Made by a program: the position numbers and the translations under genes | Shown here: positions 1 to 9,940 of the stretch, one piece after another | Numbering within the stretch: the stretch's first letter is position 1 | Layout: each line of letters begins with the position of its first letter | Notes under the pieces: model-generated | The model's input: the letters and a program-made list of their open reading frames with translations, nothing else | Told to the model about the DNA's origin: nothing | The model's database searches: none | Assembly (NCBI GenBank): GCA_963712115.1 | Contig: CAVQGX010000046.1 | Span: 89,282-153,281, forward strand | Length of the DNA: 64,000 nt | DNA from: an uncultured delta proteobacterium | GTDB taxonomy: Bacteria; Desulfobacterota; Syntrophobacteria; BM002 | Reading direction: 5' to 3'

Positions 1-2
1 AT

Positions 3-431
3 CCGGGCCAACAATTTCCCAGGAGATTTTTCTTTGACCGAGTTCTGGTGGATGTACCATGTTCAGCCGAGGGCACCTTACGTGCCGGTCCGAATGGAAC
101 CTTCAGACAGTCAACTTGGGCTAGCCAAAAACTAACTAGATTGCAACGTGACCTTCTCCTAGTGGCATTTGATCTGCTCAAGGTTGGCGGCACCTTGGTT
201 TATTCCACCTGCACCTATTCTCCCGATGAAAATGAAAGCGCGGTCCAGTTTTTACTAAAAACCAGGCCGGCAGAGATTCAACCCATTGAAATTGACCTGC
301 CACACAGTCCTGGTCTGGAGCAATGGAAGGATACCTCCTATGATCCCTCCATCAAATACTGCTGGCGGATCTACCCCCACCAAATCGATACAGTGGGATT
401 CTTCATGGCCAGAGTTGTTAAAGGATCCTGA
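3..431 (+). CDS. RsmB/NOP2/RsmF-family RNA m5C methyltransferase, 5'-truncated by the window edge
   Basis: Motif IV DVPCSAEG and motif VI YSTCTYSPDENE; C-terminal RIYPH..GFF. Confidence 0.9.
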   Translation, partial: PGQQFPRRFFFDRVLVDVPCSAEGTLRAGPNGTFRQSTWASQKLTRLQRDLLLVAFDLLKVGGTLVYSTCTYSPDENESAVQFLLKTRPAEIQPIEIDLPHSPGLEQWKDTSYDPSIKYCWRIYPHQIDTVGFFMARVVKGS

Positions 432-891
432 GCGAGATCATCTGTTGGGATTCTTCCGCCATCGCTTCGGCATCTCCAGAGCGGTTTTTTCCAATTATTA
501 CCTTTACAGGCGAAGGCGTACTGTATGGGTGTTTAATAAGGATGATCGCTTGAGGGATTTGGCTTCGCTGCAGGTGGAATCGGTTGGCATACCACTGCTC
601 CGCTGGGTGGGAACTCACCTCAAACCAACTTCGGTGGCATTGCAGCTCTTTGGTGCTCATGCAGACAGGAATATAGTCAGTCTGCCATCAGACCAGTTGC
701 GTGATCTGGTTAAAAGCAAAGAAATCAAGAGTGAATTCGCCGGCAGTCCAGGTTATGTCATTGTCGCCAGCAACTCTGTAATCATTGGTTGCGCTCTCTA
801 CTTACCCGGCCGGCTTATCTCCCAGTTCCCCCGACATATGTTTACATCTCAGACCTGGGAATATGTTCTGCAAGACAGGGGAGATGGGTGA
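415..891 (+). CDS. Hypothetical protein, probably RsmF C-terminal / Nip7-PUA-like RNA-binding partner
   Basis: Overlaps the methyltransferase stop; RFGI..F, GIPLL and KPTS.ALQLFG pattern; start uncertain (TTG 415). Confidence 0.55.
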   Translation: MLKDPERDHLLGFFRHRFGISRAVFSNYYLYRRRRTVWVFNKDDRLRDLASLQVESVGIPLLRWVGTHLKPTSVALQLFGAHADRNIVSLPSDQLRDLVKSKEIKSEFAGSPGYVIVASNSVIIGCALYLPGRLISQFPRHMFTSQTWEYVLQDRGDG

Positions 892-937
892 GGCGTGACT
901 CGAGATGGTGGGTCCTTCTAGATAAGATGGTATGGAT

Positions 938-1228
938 TTAGGACTCAGTAACGCTCTTGGTGCTGCTTTCGCTCGTTTCCGACTTGCTACCCTTATCCTC
1001 TTTATCACCACTATCGGTAGAGCTTCTCTCCGCTTGACTGCCAGGTTTTTTCCCGGCGTAGTCGGTTACATACCAGCCATTGCCCTTAAGGTGAAAACTG
1101 TTCAAAGAGATAAGCTTCTTCAGATTCCCTTTACAGTGCGGACAATCAGTCAAGGGAGGATCAGAGAATTTTTGCAATGCTTCAGTTGTCTGGTGACATC
1201 TTCCGCACTCGTACTCATAAATAGGCAC
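938..1228 (-). CDS. FmdB-family zinc-ribbon protein
   Basis: MPIYEYECGRC...CPHC...FHLKGNGWYVTDY; GGAGG RBS. Confidence 0.9.
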   Translation of the reverse strand: MPIYEYECGRCHQTTEALQKFSDPPLTDCPHCKGNLKKLISLNSFHLKGNGWYVTDYAGKKPGSQAERSSTDSGDKEDKGSKSETSESSTKSVTES

Positions 1229-1309
1229 TTTTAATCACCTCCAACAATCATGTCGAATATGCGACCAGGTTCACAACCTGATTTTTATATAATCAGCTTC
1301 CGTAGTTTG

Positions 1310-1849
1310 TCAAGTGGGAGCAGCGAGAGAGTGATCTTTGAGTTGTTCCATGAACTGGTAGCCACGGTAGACTTCCAGAACGTAATCCAGGTGAGGAATT
1401 CTCAGACTGCCGAGTACCCTTTGGGTGATCTCATGAACCCTCATTTCCTCTTGCTGACGCTCCGGGGGTTCAGCATCGAAGCGTTGGAGAAATTTACAGA
1501 AACGAACAATGTGAACCAATTCGTGAGTAACCACATAGACACCGAGAGGAAGCAGTTTCACCCTTTCATCCCGTTCTACTGCCGCCATTATGTTTTGGTC
1601 TTGCAGACAGATCTTGAAGTAATCATAATGCCGTTGCCTGGAAAGGTCGTGGTCGGGTTTGCCACTGTAGCGGGTGATCTGGGCAAAGGCATGGTCTGCT
1701 ACCTCATCCGGGCTGAGCTCAGCAAGAGTGCGGATATCGTAGCGCACATGTTTCCACTGGGCGGTGGAAATCTTGAAATGATTGGCCGTCACATCCTCAG
1801 CAACTTCCACCGCCTGAGAGACCACCTGGATTTCTGCTGGGCTGAACAT
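1310..1849 (-). CDS. Hypothetical protein with HExxH zincin-like motif
   Basis: VVTHELVH plus downstream EE; in series with neighbouring minus-strand genes. Confidence 0.7.
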   Translation of the reverse strand: MFSPAEIQVVSQAVEVAEDVTANHFKISTAQWKHVRYDIRTLAELSPDEVADHAFAQITRYSGKPDHDLSRQRHYDYFKICLQDQNIMAAVERDERVKLLPLGVYVVTHELVHIVRFCKFLQRFDAEPPERQQEEMRVHEITQRVLGSLRIPHLDYVLEVYRGYQFMEQLKDHSLAAPT

Positions 1850-1859
1850 GACCGTTAGC

Positions 1860-2177
1860 CTACTTGCCCTCAGCTGCTATTACCTCTTCCACCCATCCCA
1901 TAGCGGCAATCATTGCCGGAAATCCTACCGTAGTCAGAGCCAGCAGCAAGGCATGATAGATTTCTGCGGTGGAAGCTCCCTGCTCAAGGGCTTTACGGGC
2001 ATGAGACTTCACAGCCCCCGGAGAGACCGCACCTACAGCGATTCCCAAATTAATCAAATACCGTGTCTTGGCATCCAGAGGTCCGGCTGATTGGCACTTG
2101 GCTCCCAACTGTTCATAGAGTTTGGCAATGTCGGGATACTGACTCTCAAATTTCTTGAATGGCTTAGGCAAGTACAT
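1860..2177 (-). CDS. Carboxymuconolactone decarboxylase (CMD/AhpD-like) family protein
   Basis: GPLDAKTRYLINLGIA...SHARKALEQGAS..EI...GFP; AAAGGAG RBS. Confidence 0.85.
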   Translation of the reverse strand: MYLPKPFKKFESQYPDIAKLYEQLGAKCQSAGPLDAKTRYLINLGIAVGAVSPGAVKSHARKALEQGASTAEIYHALLLALTTVGFPAMIAAMGWVEEVIAAEGK

Positions 2178-2274
2178 TATTATCTCCTTTCGTTGTACGC
2201 ATAGCGCAGAGCGCCAAGCGCATAGCGGTAATCCATTTTAGGTTTTACGCTCCGCGCTATGCCCTTTGCGTCTA

Positions 2275-3048
2275 TCACTCCGGCCAAACTGGCCCCCTTT
2301 TTTCCAAGAAAGAGGCCATACCTTCCCGAGCTACTGGCATCACCCCGTTAACCGAAATAACCTCACTGGCGTAGGCATAGGCCAGCCTTTCAGACATCTC
2401 AATCTGTCGGTAAAAGGCCTCCTTTCCTACTCCGAGGACTGTTCGGCTAAACTGGCAAATATGCTCAGCCAGTTTTTTTACAGTTTCATCGAGCTCCTCT
2501 GTTGGCACTACCCTGTTGACTAGTCCAAACTGTAACGCTTCTTGAGCTGAGATGAACTCCCCGGTGAACAGCATCTCTAGGGCTTTTTTCCGACCCACTA
2601 CTCGACTCAAAGGCACCATTGGCGTTGTACAAAAGAATCCTATCTTCACTCCAGGGGTGGCGAAGCGCGCATCCTCGGTGGCAACCGCCAAATCACATGC
2701 CGCCACTAGTTGACAGCCGGCAGCGGTGGCAATTCCATGCACAGCCGCAATTACCGGTTGCGGAATCTCGCGCAGCAAGAGCATCATGTTCATACAGGTT
2801 GCGAAAATTTTACGATATTCATTCAGTCCACCATCTGCGAGTTCTTTCAGGTCATGCCCGGCTGAAAACACCGGACCGCTACCTCTGAGGATCACTACCC
2901 TCACCTCTTGGCGTCTCGCCAGATCTTTGAGAGCATGGCCCATCTCCTCTAGAGTGTTTAGGGACAGAGCGTTCCTCTTTTCCGGCCGGTTCAGAAGGAT
3001 ATTACTTATACGACCGTCAGTTTGGACCTGGATGTCCTTGTAATTCAT
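2275..3048 (-). CDS. Enoyl-CoA hydratase/isomerase (crotonase) family
   Basis: LNRPEKRNAL, FSAGHDL, ATAAGCQLVAACD. Confidence 0.9.
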   Translation of the reverse strand: MNYKDIQVQTDGRISNILLNRPEKRNALSLNTLEEMGHALKDLARRQEVRVVILRGSGPVFSAGHDLKELADGGLNEYRKIFATCMNMMLLLREIPQPVIAAVHGIATAAGCQLVAACDLAVATEDARFATPGVKIGFFCTTPMVPLSRVVGRKKALEMLFTGEFISAQEALQFGLVNRVVPTEELDETVKKLAEHICQFSRTVLGVGKEAFYRQIEMSERLAYAYASEVISVNGVMPVAREGMASFLEKRGPVWPE

Positions 3049-3205
3049 TGCTACTCCTGTTCGCTGTGGTCAGTTGTAGTTTCACTTCGTTCACCTTTTG
3101 GAGCGTGGTGCTTGGCGCATGGAGTTTTCGTTTTAGCCCTATGCTCCATGCCCCATGCTCTATGCTCTATGCCGTTTACACAACAGACAACTGACCTCCT
3201 AGATG

Positions 3206-3484
3206 TTATTTTCCTCTGATTGCAGTTAGATATTTAATGATTATCTCCGCCTCTTCGTCGCTTATCCGATCACCAGCACGGGCTTTCATCCTCATCACCG
3301 TCTGTCGCCATTCCTCCCCACTTTTGCTCATGCTCAAAGGCTTGTCGTAGGGATGGCACATAGAACAACGGTTTTCAAAAAGGGCTTTAGCATCACTATC
3401 CGCTGCTTTTATGTCCGCCGCCTGAATCAAGCTAAATGCAACCAACGGAACTAGGAACAATCCAATTTTCAATAAACTTCTCAT
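3206..3484 (-). CDS. Small monoheme c-type cytochrome
   Basis: Signal peptide, CSMCH heme motif, WRQTVMRM candidate axial Met. Confidence 0.8.
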   Translation of the reverse strand: MRSLLKIGLFLVPLVAFSLIQAADIKAADSDAKALFENRCSMCHPYDKPLSMSKSGEEWRQTVMRMKARAGDRISDEEAEIIIKYLTAIRGK

Positions 3485-3572
3485 TACAAATCCTCCTGCT
3501 TTAGGAATCTAAGGTGGTGCGGTCCGACAGAGACCACCGTCCGGTTGACATGGATAGAGTTTGCTGGTCTTT

Positions 3573-5156
3573 TTATGGAATAGCCAACAGTTGCACAGAA
3601 TTAACGTTGGCAAGATCCATAAGGTCTTCCATGGTCTTTTCGTCCACCGGGCTATCAACCCTGAGGAGCAGAACATTCTCTCCCGTTTCAATGATCTGGC
3701 CGGCTTTCCACATTGAGATATTGATATTGTGCTTGCCAAAGCAGGTGCCGATGCTCCCGAACGTCCCGGGCACATCTTCATTGTAAATGAGCACCAGATT
3801 TCCCCTCATGTCTGCCTCTAGAGAAATGTCATTGAAACGAACGAGCCTAGGTTCCTTTTTTCCAAACAACGTTCCCGAGGCCGATGTTTCTTCAGCCGTA
3901 CTCCTCACCCGAATGGTAATAAGATTCAGGTAATCCTGGGCCTCCTCACTCCGGGAATCCTTGACAAAAATCCCCCTTTCCCTGGCCAGAATCGGAGCGT
4001 TCACATAGTTTACCTCGTGTTGGAGGATAGGCTCCAAAAGCCCTTTCAGGGCTGACAGGGTGATAGGTGCTGTGTCCAGCTGAGCAACACCGCCCATGTA
4101 TTCGATGGTCACCTCTTTCATGGCGCCCTGAGTTGTCTGTCCCAGAAAAGACCCTAATCTCTCAGCCAATGTGAGGTAATGGCAAATCTCGCTCATAAGT
4201 TCGCAGGTTATCTGGGGAGTATTTACCGCATTACGAATGCCCCCAGCGAGAAGAAACTCTTTTATCTGCTCGGCCACGGACACGGCCACATTCTCTTGGG
4301 CTTCACCGGTGGAGGCCCCTAGATGGGGAGTGCAGATCACTTGATCTAATTTGAGAAGTGGATGGTCCCCGGGCGGTTCTTGTTCAAACACATCGAGGGC
4401 TGCCCCTGCTACCTTGCCATTGGAAATTGCCTCATATAGGTCCTGCTCGCTGACAATGCCGCCCCGGGCGCAGTTAATTATCATGACACCGTCCTTCATT
4501 TTGGCGAAGGCCTCACGGTTGAGCAGTCCCTTTGTCTCCCTGGTGAGAGGTGTGTGTACGCTTATGTAGTCTGAGCTCTGGAAAAGCCGATCTAAATCAA
4601 CGGGAACAACCCCCAGTTTCTGAATGGTCTCAGGCTCCATGTGGGGGTCGTAGGCAATCACTTGCATCCGCAACCCTAGGGCACGTTCGGCCACAATCCG
4701 TCCGATGCGGCCGATGCCCATTATTCCCAAGGTTTTGCGGAATACTTCTTGTCCAAGAAATCTCTTTTTTTCCCATTTTCCGGTTTTCATAGAAGTGGTG
4801 GCTTGATGGATATTCCTGGACAGGGCCATAAGCATGGCTATGGAGTGTTCGGCCGTGGTAATCACATTTCCATCAGGGGTGTTCATTACCACAATACCTC
4901 GTTTGCTCGCCGCCGGGATATCTACGTTATCCAGCCCTATTCCGGCTCGACCAATTACTCTTAGCCTCCCAGCCGCCGCAATTAGCTCCGAAGTCACCTT
5001 GGTGCCACTCCTGATGATTAGTGCCTCAGCATCACTGATAGCACTCTTGAGATCTTCCGGAGAAAGCCCGGGTTTGAATTCCACCTCGAATTCAGGGACA
5101 CTGCTTAGCAGATCAATCCCTTTCTGAGCGAGGTTGTCACTAATAAGGATTTTCAT
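3573..5156 (-). CDS. serA: D-3-phosphoglycerate dehydrogenase (long form with ASB and ACT domains)
   Basis: GRAGIGLDNVD, GIGRIG, TPHLGAST; 527 aa. Confidence 0.95.
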   Translation of the reverse strand: MKILISDNLAQKGIDLLSSVPEFEVEFKPGLSPEDLKSAISDAEALIIRSGTKVTSELIAAAGRLRVIGRAGIGLDNVDIPAASKRGIVVMNTPDGNVITTAEHSIAMLMALSRNIHQATTSMKTGKWEKKRFLGQEVFRKTLGIMGIGRIGRIVAERALGLRMQVIAYDPHMEPETIQKLGVVPVDLDRLFQSSDYISVHTPLTRETKGLLNREAFAKMKDGVMIINCARGGIVSEQDLYEAISNGKVAGAALDVFEQEPPGDHPLLKLDQVICTPHLGASTGEAQENVAVSVAEQIKEFLLAGGIRNAVNTPQITCELMSEICHYLTLAERLGSFLGQTTQGAMKEVTIEYMGGVAQLDTAPITLSALKGLLEPILQHEVNYVNAPILARERGIFVKDSRSEEAQDYLNLITIRVRSTAEETSASGTLFGKKEPRLVRFNDISLEADMRGNLVLIYNEDVPGTFGSIGTCFGKHNINISMWKAGQIIETGENVLLLRVDSPVDEKTMEDLMDLANVNSVQLLAIP

Positions 5157-5297
5157 TTAATTTTGTCCTCCTGAAACTCTAATTTAATTTTTTCAAGAAT
5201 AGCTTAGTTAAGCGAATATATACCTCCCAGACTGTTCCTAAGATGATTGTCCGTAGCCTAACTAGCTAATCTTGAGAGCGCAAGAAAAAAGTGGTCA

Positions 5298-5957
5298 TTA
5301 TGTCTCAAAGCTTGTCTCCAGCTTTGGCGAGCCTAGCCGACGTCGCATCACATAAACAAGAAGGTAAACAAAAGGCGTATCTAGTAAGGCGATCCCCACT
5401 TTTACAACCCATTGTCCCAATATGAGTGGCATCACCGGCATGGAACCATAGAAAGCAATGGTAATGAACACCACACTGTCCAATAATTGGGAGACAATCG
5501 TAGAGGCATTGTTCCGCAACCATAGAAATCGTTCGGTAGTCACTCGCTTCCAGAAATGGAAGGCCCAGACATCATGATACTGACTGAAGAGATAGGCGGT
5601 TAGACTGGCTACCATTATTCGGGCGCTACTCCCAAGGATGGTCTGGTATGATTGCTGATGGGGCCAGAAAGAGGCTGGAGGCCATACAATACTTGCGGTT
5701 GTCAGGACAAAGACTAGCACCAGAGTAATAAACCCGCCCATAACCACTGTCTGAGCCTGCTCTTTACCCCAGATCTCACTGATGACATCCGTGATCAGGA
5801 AGGTGAGGCAATAGGCTAACACCCCGGCCGGAACAACTAGTGATCCCACCGCAATAATTTTGCTTGCCATCACAGCAGCAAGCACCAAGCTCCCGGCATA
5901 AATGCAAGCCAGTAGAGCCAGGTATTTTAGCCCTCGCTGCGAATCATTCGATGTCAT
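5298..5957 (-). CDS. yhhQ: Queuosine precursor transporter (YhhQ/Vut_1)
   Basis: TFLITDVISEIWG, LWLRNNASTIVSQLLDS, DTPFVY; coupled to queF. Confidence 0.9.
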   Translation of the reverse strand: MTSNDSQRGLKYLALLACIYAGSLVLAAVMASKIIAVGSLVVPAGVLAYCLTFLITDVISEIWGKEQAQTVVMGGFITLVLVFVLTTASIVWPPASFWPHQQSYQTILGSSARIMVASLTAYLFSQYHDVWAFHFWKRVTTERFLWLRNNASTIVSQLLDSVVFITIAFYGSMPVMPLILGQWVVKVGIALLDTPFVYLLVYVMRRRLGSPKLETSFET

Positions 5958-6354
5958 GAGCTTTATGCTCCACCCTTACAGTCAACCCTATCCCACCTCT
6001 GGGATTCATTTCACTTTCCACCTCCATCCAGCGGGGACGGCATATTTCGACCAGATCGTCGAGGATGCGATTGGCCATATCCTCAGCGAACATGCCACTT
6101 TGCCTATAACTGAAAAGATACAGCTTCAGTGATTTGGACTCCAGACATTGACGATAGGGGATATAGGTTATGGTTATTCGGTAAAAGTCGGGTTGACCGG
6201 TGATTGGACACAAACTGGTCAATTCACTGGTGGTGAAAGTCACCTTGTAGCCCCGATCCGGATGGGGGTTGTCAAAAGTCTCCAATAGCTTTGGATTCAC
6301 TTCGTATTCATACTTGGTCTCACCACTGCCAAGATGCCGGAAGTTATCAGTCAT
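5944..6354 (-). CDS. queF: preQ1 synthase (7-cyano-7-deazaguanine reductase, single T-fold type)
   Basis: ELTSLCPITGQPDF, ESKSLKLYL, PRGGI. Confidence 0.93.
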   Translation of the reverse strand: MTDNFRHLGSGETKYEYEVNPKLLETFDNPHPDRGYKVTFTTSELTSLCPITGQPDFYRITITYIPYRQCLESKSLKLYLFSYRQSGMFAEDMANRILDDLVEICRPRWMEVESEMNPRGGIGLTVRVEHKAHDIE

Positions 6355-6390
6355 CGTTCTTTCCCCCAAATCTGTAAGACATCAAAAGCT

Positions 6391-6610
6391 CACCACAGAG
6401 ACTCACGGGAGAAAAATCCGAAATCCGAATATCTAAATCCGAAACAAACTCGAATTTCCGAAATCCAAATGACCAAAACACCGGACCTGTCTCTTTGGGT
6501 AGTCATGTTTTGAACATTTGAGCATTCGGATTTTAGATTTGTTTCGTGCTTCGGATTTAGGATTTAGGATTTTGAGTGTACACCCCCTATGTAATCTCTG
6601 TGTTTTCTCC
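6391..6610. repeat. Nested inverted short-tandem-repeat hairpin (outer CACAGAG-type arms, inner AAATCCG heptamer arms)
   Basis: aaatccgaaatccgaatatctaaatccgaaacaaa ... tttgtttcgtgcttcggatttaggatttaggatttt; near-identical family at 33702-33930. Confidence 0.8.
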
Positions 6611-6709
6611 GTTAGGAATAACCGAATTTTAGAACCTTTTCTCCTGATGAGCAAGGATGTTCGCAGGCAAGGAAATATTTGTTGGCAATTTTAAGTTCAC
6701 AAATGTTAA

Positions 6710-6908
6710 CCTGGATGTTTCATGAATTCACGCCTTGGCGTGACTGCGACCACGGATATGGCCGTTCTTCCTGTCGTCCTCGGGTGTCGGTCCCTGCGAC
6801 GTACCGTTCAGGTACGCCTCGGCACCAATCCCGCGGTACCGCGGGACGGTTGCCAGGTGAAACGCCCATCTTCGCGGTCTCGCGACAGTAATTCATGAAA
6901 CATCCGGG
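6710..6908. mobile_element. MITE-like element, family A
   Basis: TIRs CCTGGATGTTTCATGAATT / AATTCATGAAACATCCGGG; reverse-complement homolog at 36268-36439; no real ORF. Confidence 0.8.
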
Positions 6909-6922
6909 TGGGCTGCTTATCG

Positions 6923-6948
6923 CTTTAATGAACGACTGTTCATTAAAG
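6923..6948. promoter_or_regulatory. Palindromic operator (candidate second TetR/FadR site)
   Basis: CTTTAATGAAC-gact-GTTCATTAAAG perfect 11-bp inverted repeat. Confidence 0.55.
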
Positions 6949-7047
6949 AAATTCTCTTTTTGCCCTCTTAGGTGAAACTAAAACATTTGATTTTTTAAGC
7001 CACAAATGCAAGTAACCACATTATTTATTTTCACAAATACAAAATCG

Positions 7048-7104
7048 TTGACATCTTGGCGAGGCAAAATGTATAATAGCTTTAATGAATGAACGTTCAT
7101 TCAT
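7048..7104 (+). promoter_or_regulatory. Sigma70 promoter with adjacent TetR/FadR operator
   Basis: TTGACA (7048)-18 bp-TATAAT (7072); perfect palindrome ATGAATGAACGTTCATTCAT 7085-7104. Confidence 0.8.
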
Positions 7105-7162
7105 AAATTAACTGGTCATACAGTAAATCCCTCCAAGAGTAGATTTGCTGAGGTTTCTGCTT

Positions 7163-7753
7163 ATGGGGCGAGTAAAAGAAACCAACGACAAGCGCGACCG
7201 GATTATGAATGCGGCCATAGCCTCCTTTGCTAAGCGCGGATATCACCAAGCAACAATTGCTGATGTGGCCCGAGAAGCGGGAGTGGCTGCTGGAACTATC
7301 TATCTCTATTTCAAGAACAAAGATGACCTCCTCGTCAGCATCTTCGAGGAGAAAGTCCAAGGGTTTATCCAAGAATTCCATCGACGGTTGAGCCAAGAAG
7401 AGAATGCAGAGGTCAAACTGAGAAAGCTTGTCCACCTCCACCTCTTCGAGATGCAGAATCATCCTGATCTTGCAGCAGTTTTTCAACTCGAACTCCGCCA
7501 GAGTCGTCATTTTATGAGCGCTTACCCAAAGACGGACCTCAAGGTTTATTTCGACCTCATTGGGGACATTATCGAGGAGGGGCAGCAGCAGGGGCTGTTT
7601 CGCAAAGATCTCTACTTGAGTGCCGTTAAAAAGGCCTTTTTTGGGGCTTTGGATGAAACGGTCACCTCATGGTTGTTGGCCGGTAAAAACTATGATCTCA
7701 GCCAGATGGCGGATCCAGTGGCCGATTTGTTTGTCCGAGGATTCAGGGAGTAG
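7163..7753 (+). CDS. TetR-family fatty-acid degradation repressor (Bacillus FadR/YsiA-like)
   Basis: HTH IADVAREAGVAAGTIYLYFKNKDDLL; QLELRQS, FFGALDE. Confidence 0.88.
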   Translation: MGRVKETNDKRDRIMNAAIASFAKRGYHQATIADVAREAGVAAGTIYLYFKNKDDLLVSIFEEKVQGFIQEFHRRLSQEENAEVKLRKLVHLHLFEMQNHPDLAAVFQLELRQSRHFMSAYPKTDLKVYFDLIGDIIEEGQQQGLFRKDLYLSAVKKAFFGALDETVTSWLLAGKNYDLSQMADPVADLFVRGFRE

Positions 7754-7888
7754 CCCTCTTTAGCTGTCAGCCATCAGCTGTCAGCAAGAAGGCAGAAAAC
7801 TTGCATGACTAACAGGGGATTCTTTCGGACTATTCATATCATAGTTTTTCCTGAAGGCTGAACGCTGATCGCCGCGAAGGAGACAAAA

Positions 7889-9748
7889 ATGGCAAATTCA
7901 GTGGTGGACAAAAGAGATGTCAAATTCGTGCTCTATGAGCAACTCGACATCGAACAACTGAGCAACACCGCCAAATATGCAGAGTATTCCAAGGAAATGT
8001 ACGATATGGTCCTAGAGCAGGCATGGAAATTGGCGGAAAATGAAATGGAGCCCGCTAATAGTAAGGGCGACCGGGATGGCTGCGTCTGGGAAGACGGCAA
8101 GGTGAGGGTTCCTGAGTCCTTTCATCGTCCTTATCAGATGTACCGAGAAGGTGGTTGGCTCCCCATCTCAGAAGATGTGGAAGCGGGTGGCCAGGGTTTC
8201 CCGGTGGTCATGGGATTGTCAGCCGTCGAAGCCTTCGGCGCCGCGAACTTAGCTCTTTTTTTGTACCCCGGCCTTACGCATGGGGCAGCAAGGCTGCTTG
8301 AGGTCTATGGAACCGAGACGCAAAAGCGCAATTTCATGGACAAACTATACAGCGGCGAGTGGTGCGGTACCATGTGCCTCACTGAACCTCAGGCTGGAAG
8401 CGATGTTGGCGCCTCTCGCACCAAGGCAGTCCCTAATCAGGACGGCTCTTATAGCATCTCCGGCACAAAAATCTTTATCTCCTGTGGCGAACATGACCTA
8501 ACAGAAAATATAGTCCACATGGTGCTGGCCCGGATCGAAGGTGCCCCCCCTGGGACCAAAGGTCTCTCTCTGTTCATTATTCCCAAACTACGCCCAGAAA
8601 ACGGACAACTGGTGGATAACGATGTTAATTGCGGCGGTATCGAGCACAAGATGGGAATTCACGGCTCCTCCACCTGCACTTTGAACTTTGGCGAGAATAA
8701 CAACTGCACCGGCTACCTTTTGGGCATAGAAAACCAAGGAATGCGCATAATGTTTCAGATGATGAACGAGTCCAGACTCTTTATAGGGATGCAGGGCCAG
8801 AGCCATGCCAGCGCCGCCTTCCTGTATGCTCTGCAGTACGCCAAAGAGAGGACCCAAGGTTCCGATGTCAGCCGGTTAAAGGATCCCTCTGCGCCCAAAG
8901 TGGCCATCATCAATCATCCCGATGTGCGGCGGATGCTCATGTTTATGAAGTCTGTAACAGAAGGGTTGCGGGCTCTACTATATTATGTAGGCTTTTGCGA
9001 AGACATGGTCCGTTCCACCGAAAGCGACGAGGAGAAAGAGAAGTATCAGGACTTTATTGATATCCTCATCCCGGTCTGCAAGGCCTACGGCAGCGACATG
9101 GGATTCAGGGTTTGTGAAACCGCTATCCAGGTACTCGGTGGCTATGGCTATTGCCAGGAACATCCGGTGGAGCAATTTTTGCGAGACTGCAAAATCGCTT
9201 CTATTTATGAGGGTACCAACGGAATACAGGCCTTGGACTTAGTAGGTCGCAAGTTGGTGGTCAAGAGAGGACAGCTTTTCAAACGACTTATAGGGGAAAC
9301 CGAAGACTTCCTTAAGTGGGCCCGTAAAAATTTTGAACTGCGGGAACTAGTGGCCACCTTCGAAGCTGCCCGGGAGCAACTCATTCAAGTGACCAAGTAC
9401 TTTGGTCTCAAAGGAATGACTGCAGACTATGTCGTACCCCTTCTTTATGCTACTCCCTATTTGGAATTGTTTGGGGATGTTGCCGTGGGGTTTATGCTCC
9501 TGTGGCAGGCGCTCATCGCCCACAGGCGTCTGCAGGAGATCTATGTTGATGCAGGAGCCAAAGATGGAGAATCGCAGAAGGAGGTCTTGGCCACAAACCG
9601 TAGCGCTGCCTTTTATCGAGGCAAGGTAGCTTCAGCTGAATTCTTCATTACTAATGTCCTCTCTCTGTCTAGGGGCAAGGCCAAAGCAATTATGAGCGGG
9701 CAGCGGGCAGCAGTTGACATCCCAGAGGAGTCATTCGCTCTGAGCTGA
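7889..9748 (+). CDS. Acyl-CoA dehydrogenase (long type)
   Basis: GTMCLTEPQAGSD, GTKIFIS, QVLGGYGY, IYEGTNGIQ. Confidence 0.93.
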   Translation: MANSVVDKRDVKFVLYEQLDIEQLSNTAKYAEYSKEMYDMVLEQAWKLAENEMEPANSKGDRDGCVWEDGKVRVPESFHRPYQMYREGGWLPISEDVEAGGQGFPVVMGLSAVEAFGAANLALFLYPGLTHGAARLLEVYGTETQKRNFMDKLYSGEWCGTMCLTEPQAGSDVGASRTKAVPNQDGSYSISGTKIFISCGEHDLTENIVHMVLARIEGAPPGTKGLSLFIIPKLRPENGQLVDNDVNCGGIEHKMGIHGSSTCTLNFGENNNCTGYLLGIENQGMRIMFQMMNESRLFIGMQGQSHASAAFLYALQYAKERTQGSDVSRLKDPSAPKVAIINHPDVRRMLMFMKSVTEGLRALLYYVGFCEDMVRSTESDEEKEKYQDFIDILIPVCKAYGSDMGFRVCETAIQVLGGYGYCQEHPVEQFLRDCKIASIYEGTNGIQALDLVGRKLVVKRGQLFKRLIGETEDFLKWARKNFELRELVATFEAAREQLIQVTKYFGLKGMTADYVVPLLYATPYLELFGDVAVGFMLLWQALIAHRRLQEIYVDAGAKDGESQKEVLATNRSAAFYRGKVASAEFFITNVLSLSRGKAKAIMSGQRAAVDIPEESFALS

Positions 9749-9940
9749 AAAATAGCAACGGGGTTGTATTAACCACAAAGAGCACGAAGGTATCTAATTG
9801 CAGATTGCAGAATCTCCCAGTTCCAACTTTTGTCAATCTAGAATCTCAGATGCCAAATCTACAATCTCAAATCTAAAATCTCCTTTTGTGTCCTTCGTGG
9901 TGTGATACTTGCCTTTGTTCTCTAATTAAGGAGTCAAGAT

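Noticed and set aside
1250-1858. Long antisense or alternative-frame ORFs (e.g. 1250-1858, 28858-29454, 32525-33139, 56734-57297)
   Set aside because: Shadow ORFs overlapping well-supported genes, with no recognisable motifs.
6413-6572. Tandem repeats as a CRISPR array
   Set aside because: Units are 7-9 nt, degenerate and inverted, with no spacers and no cas genes in the window.
6615-6645. AAAGGTTCTA upstream of queF, resembling a preQ1-I riboswitch loop
   Set aside because: No complementary 3' stem strand and no A-rich tail; it is separated from the gene by repeat elements.
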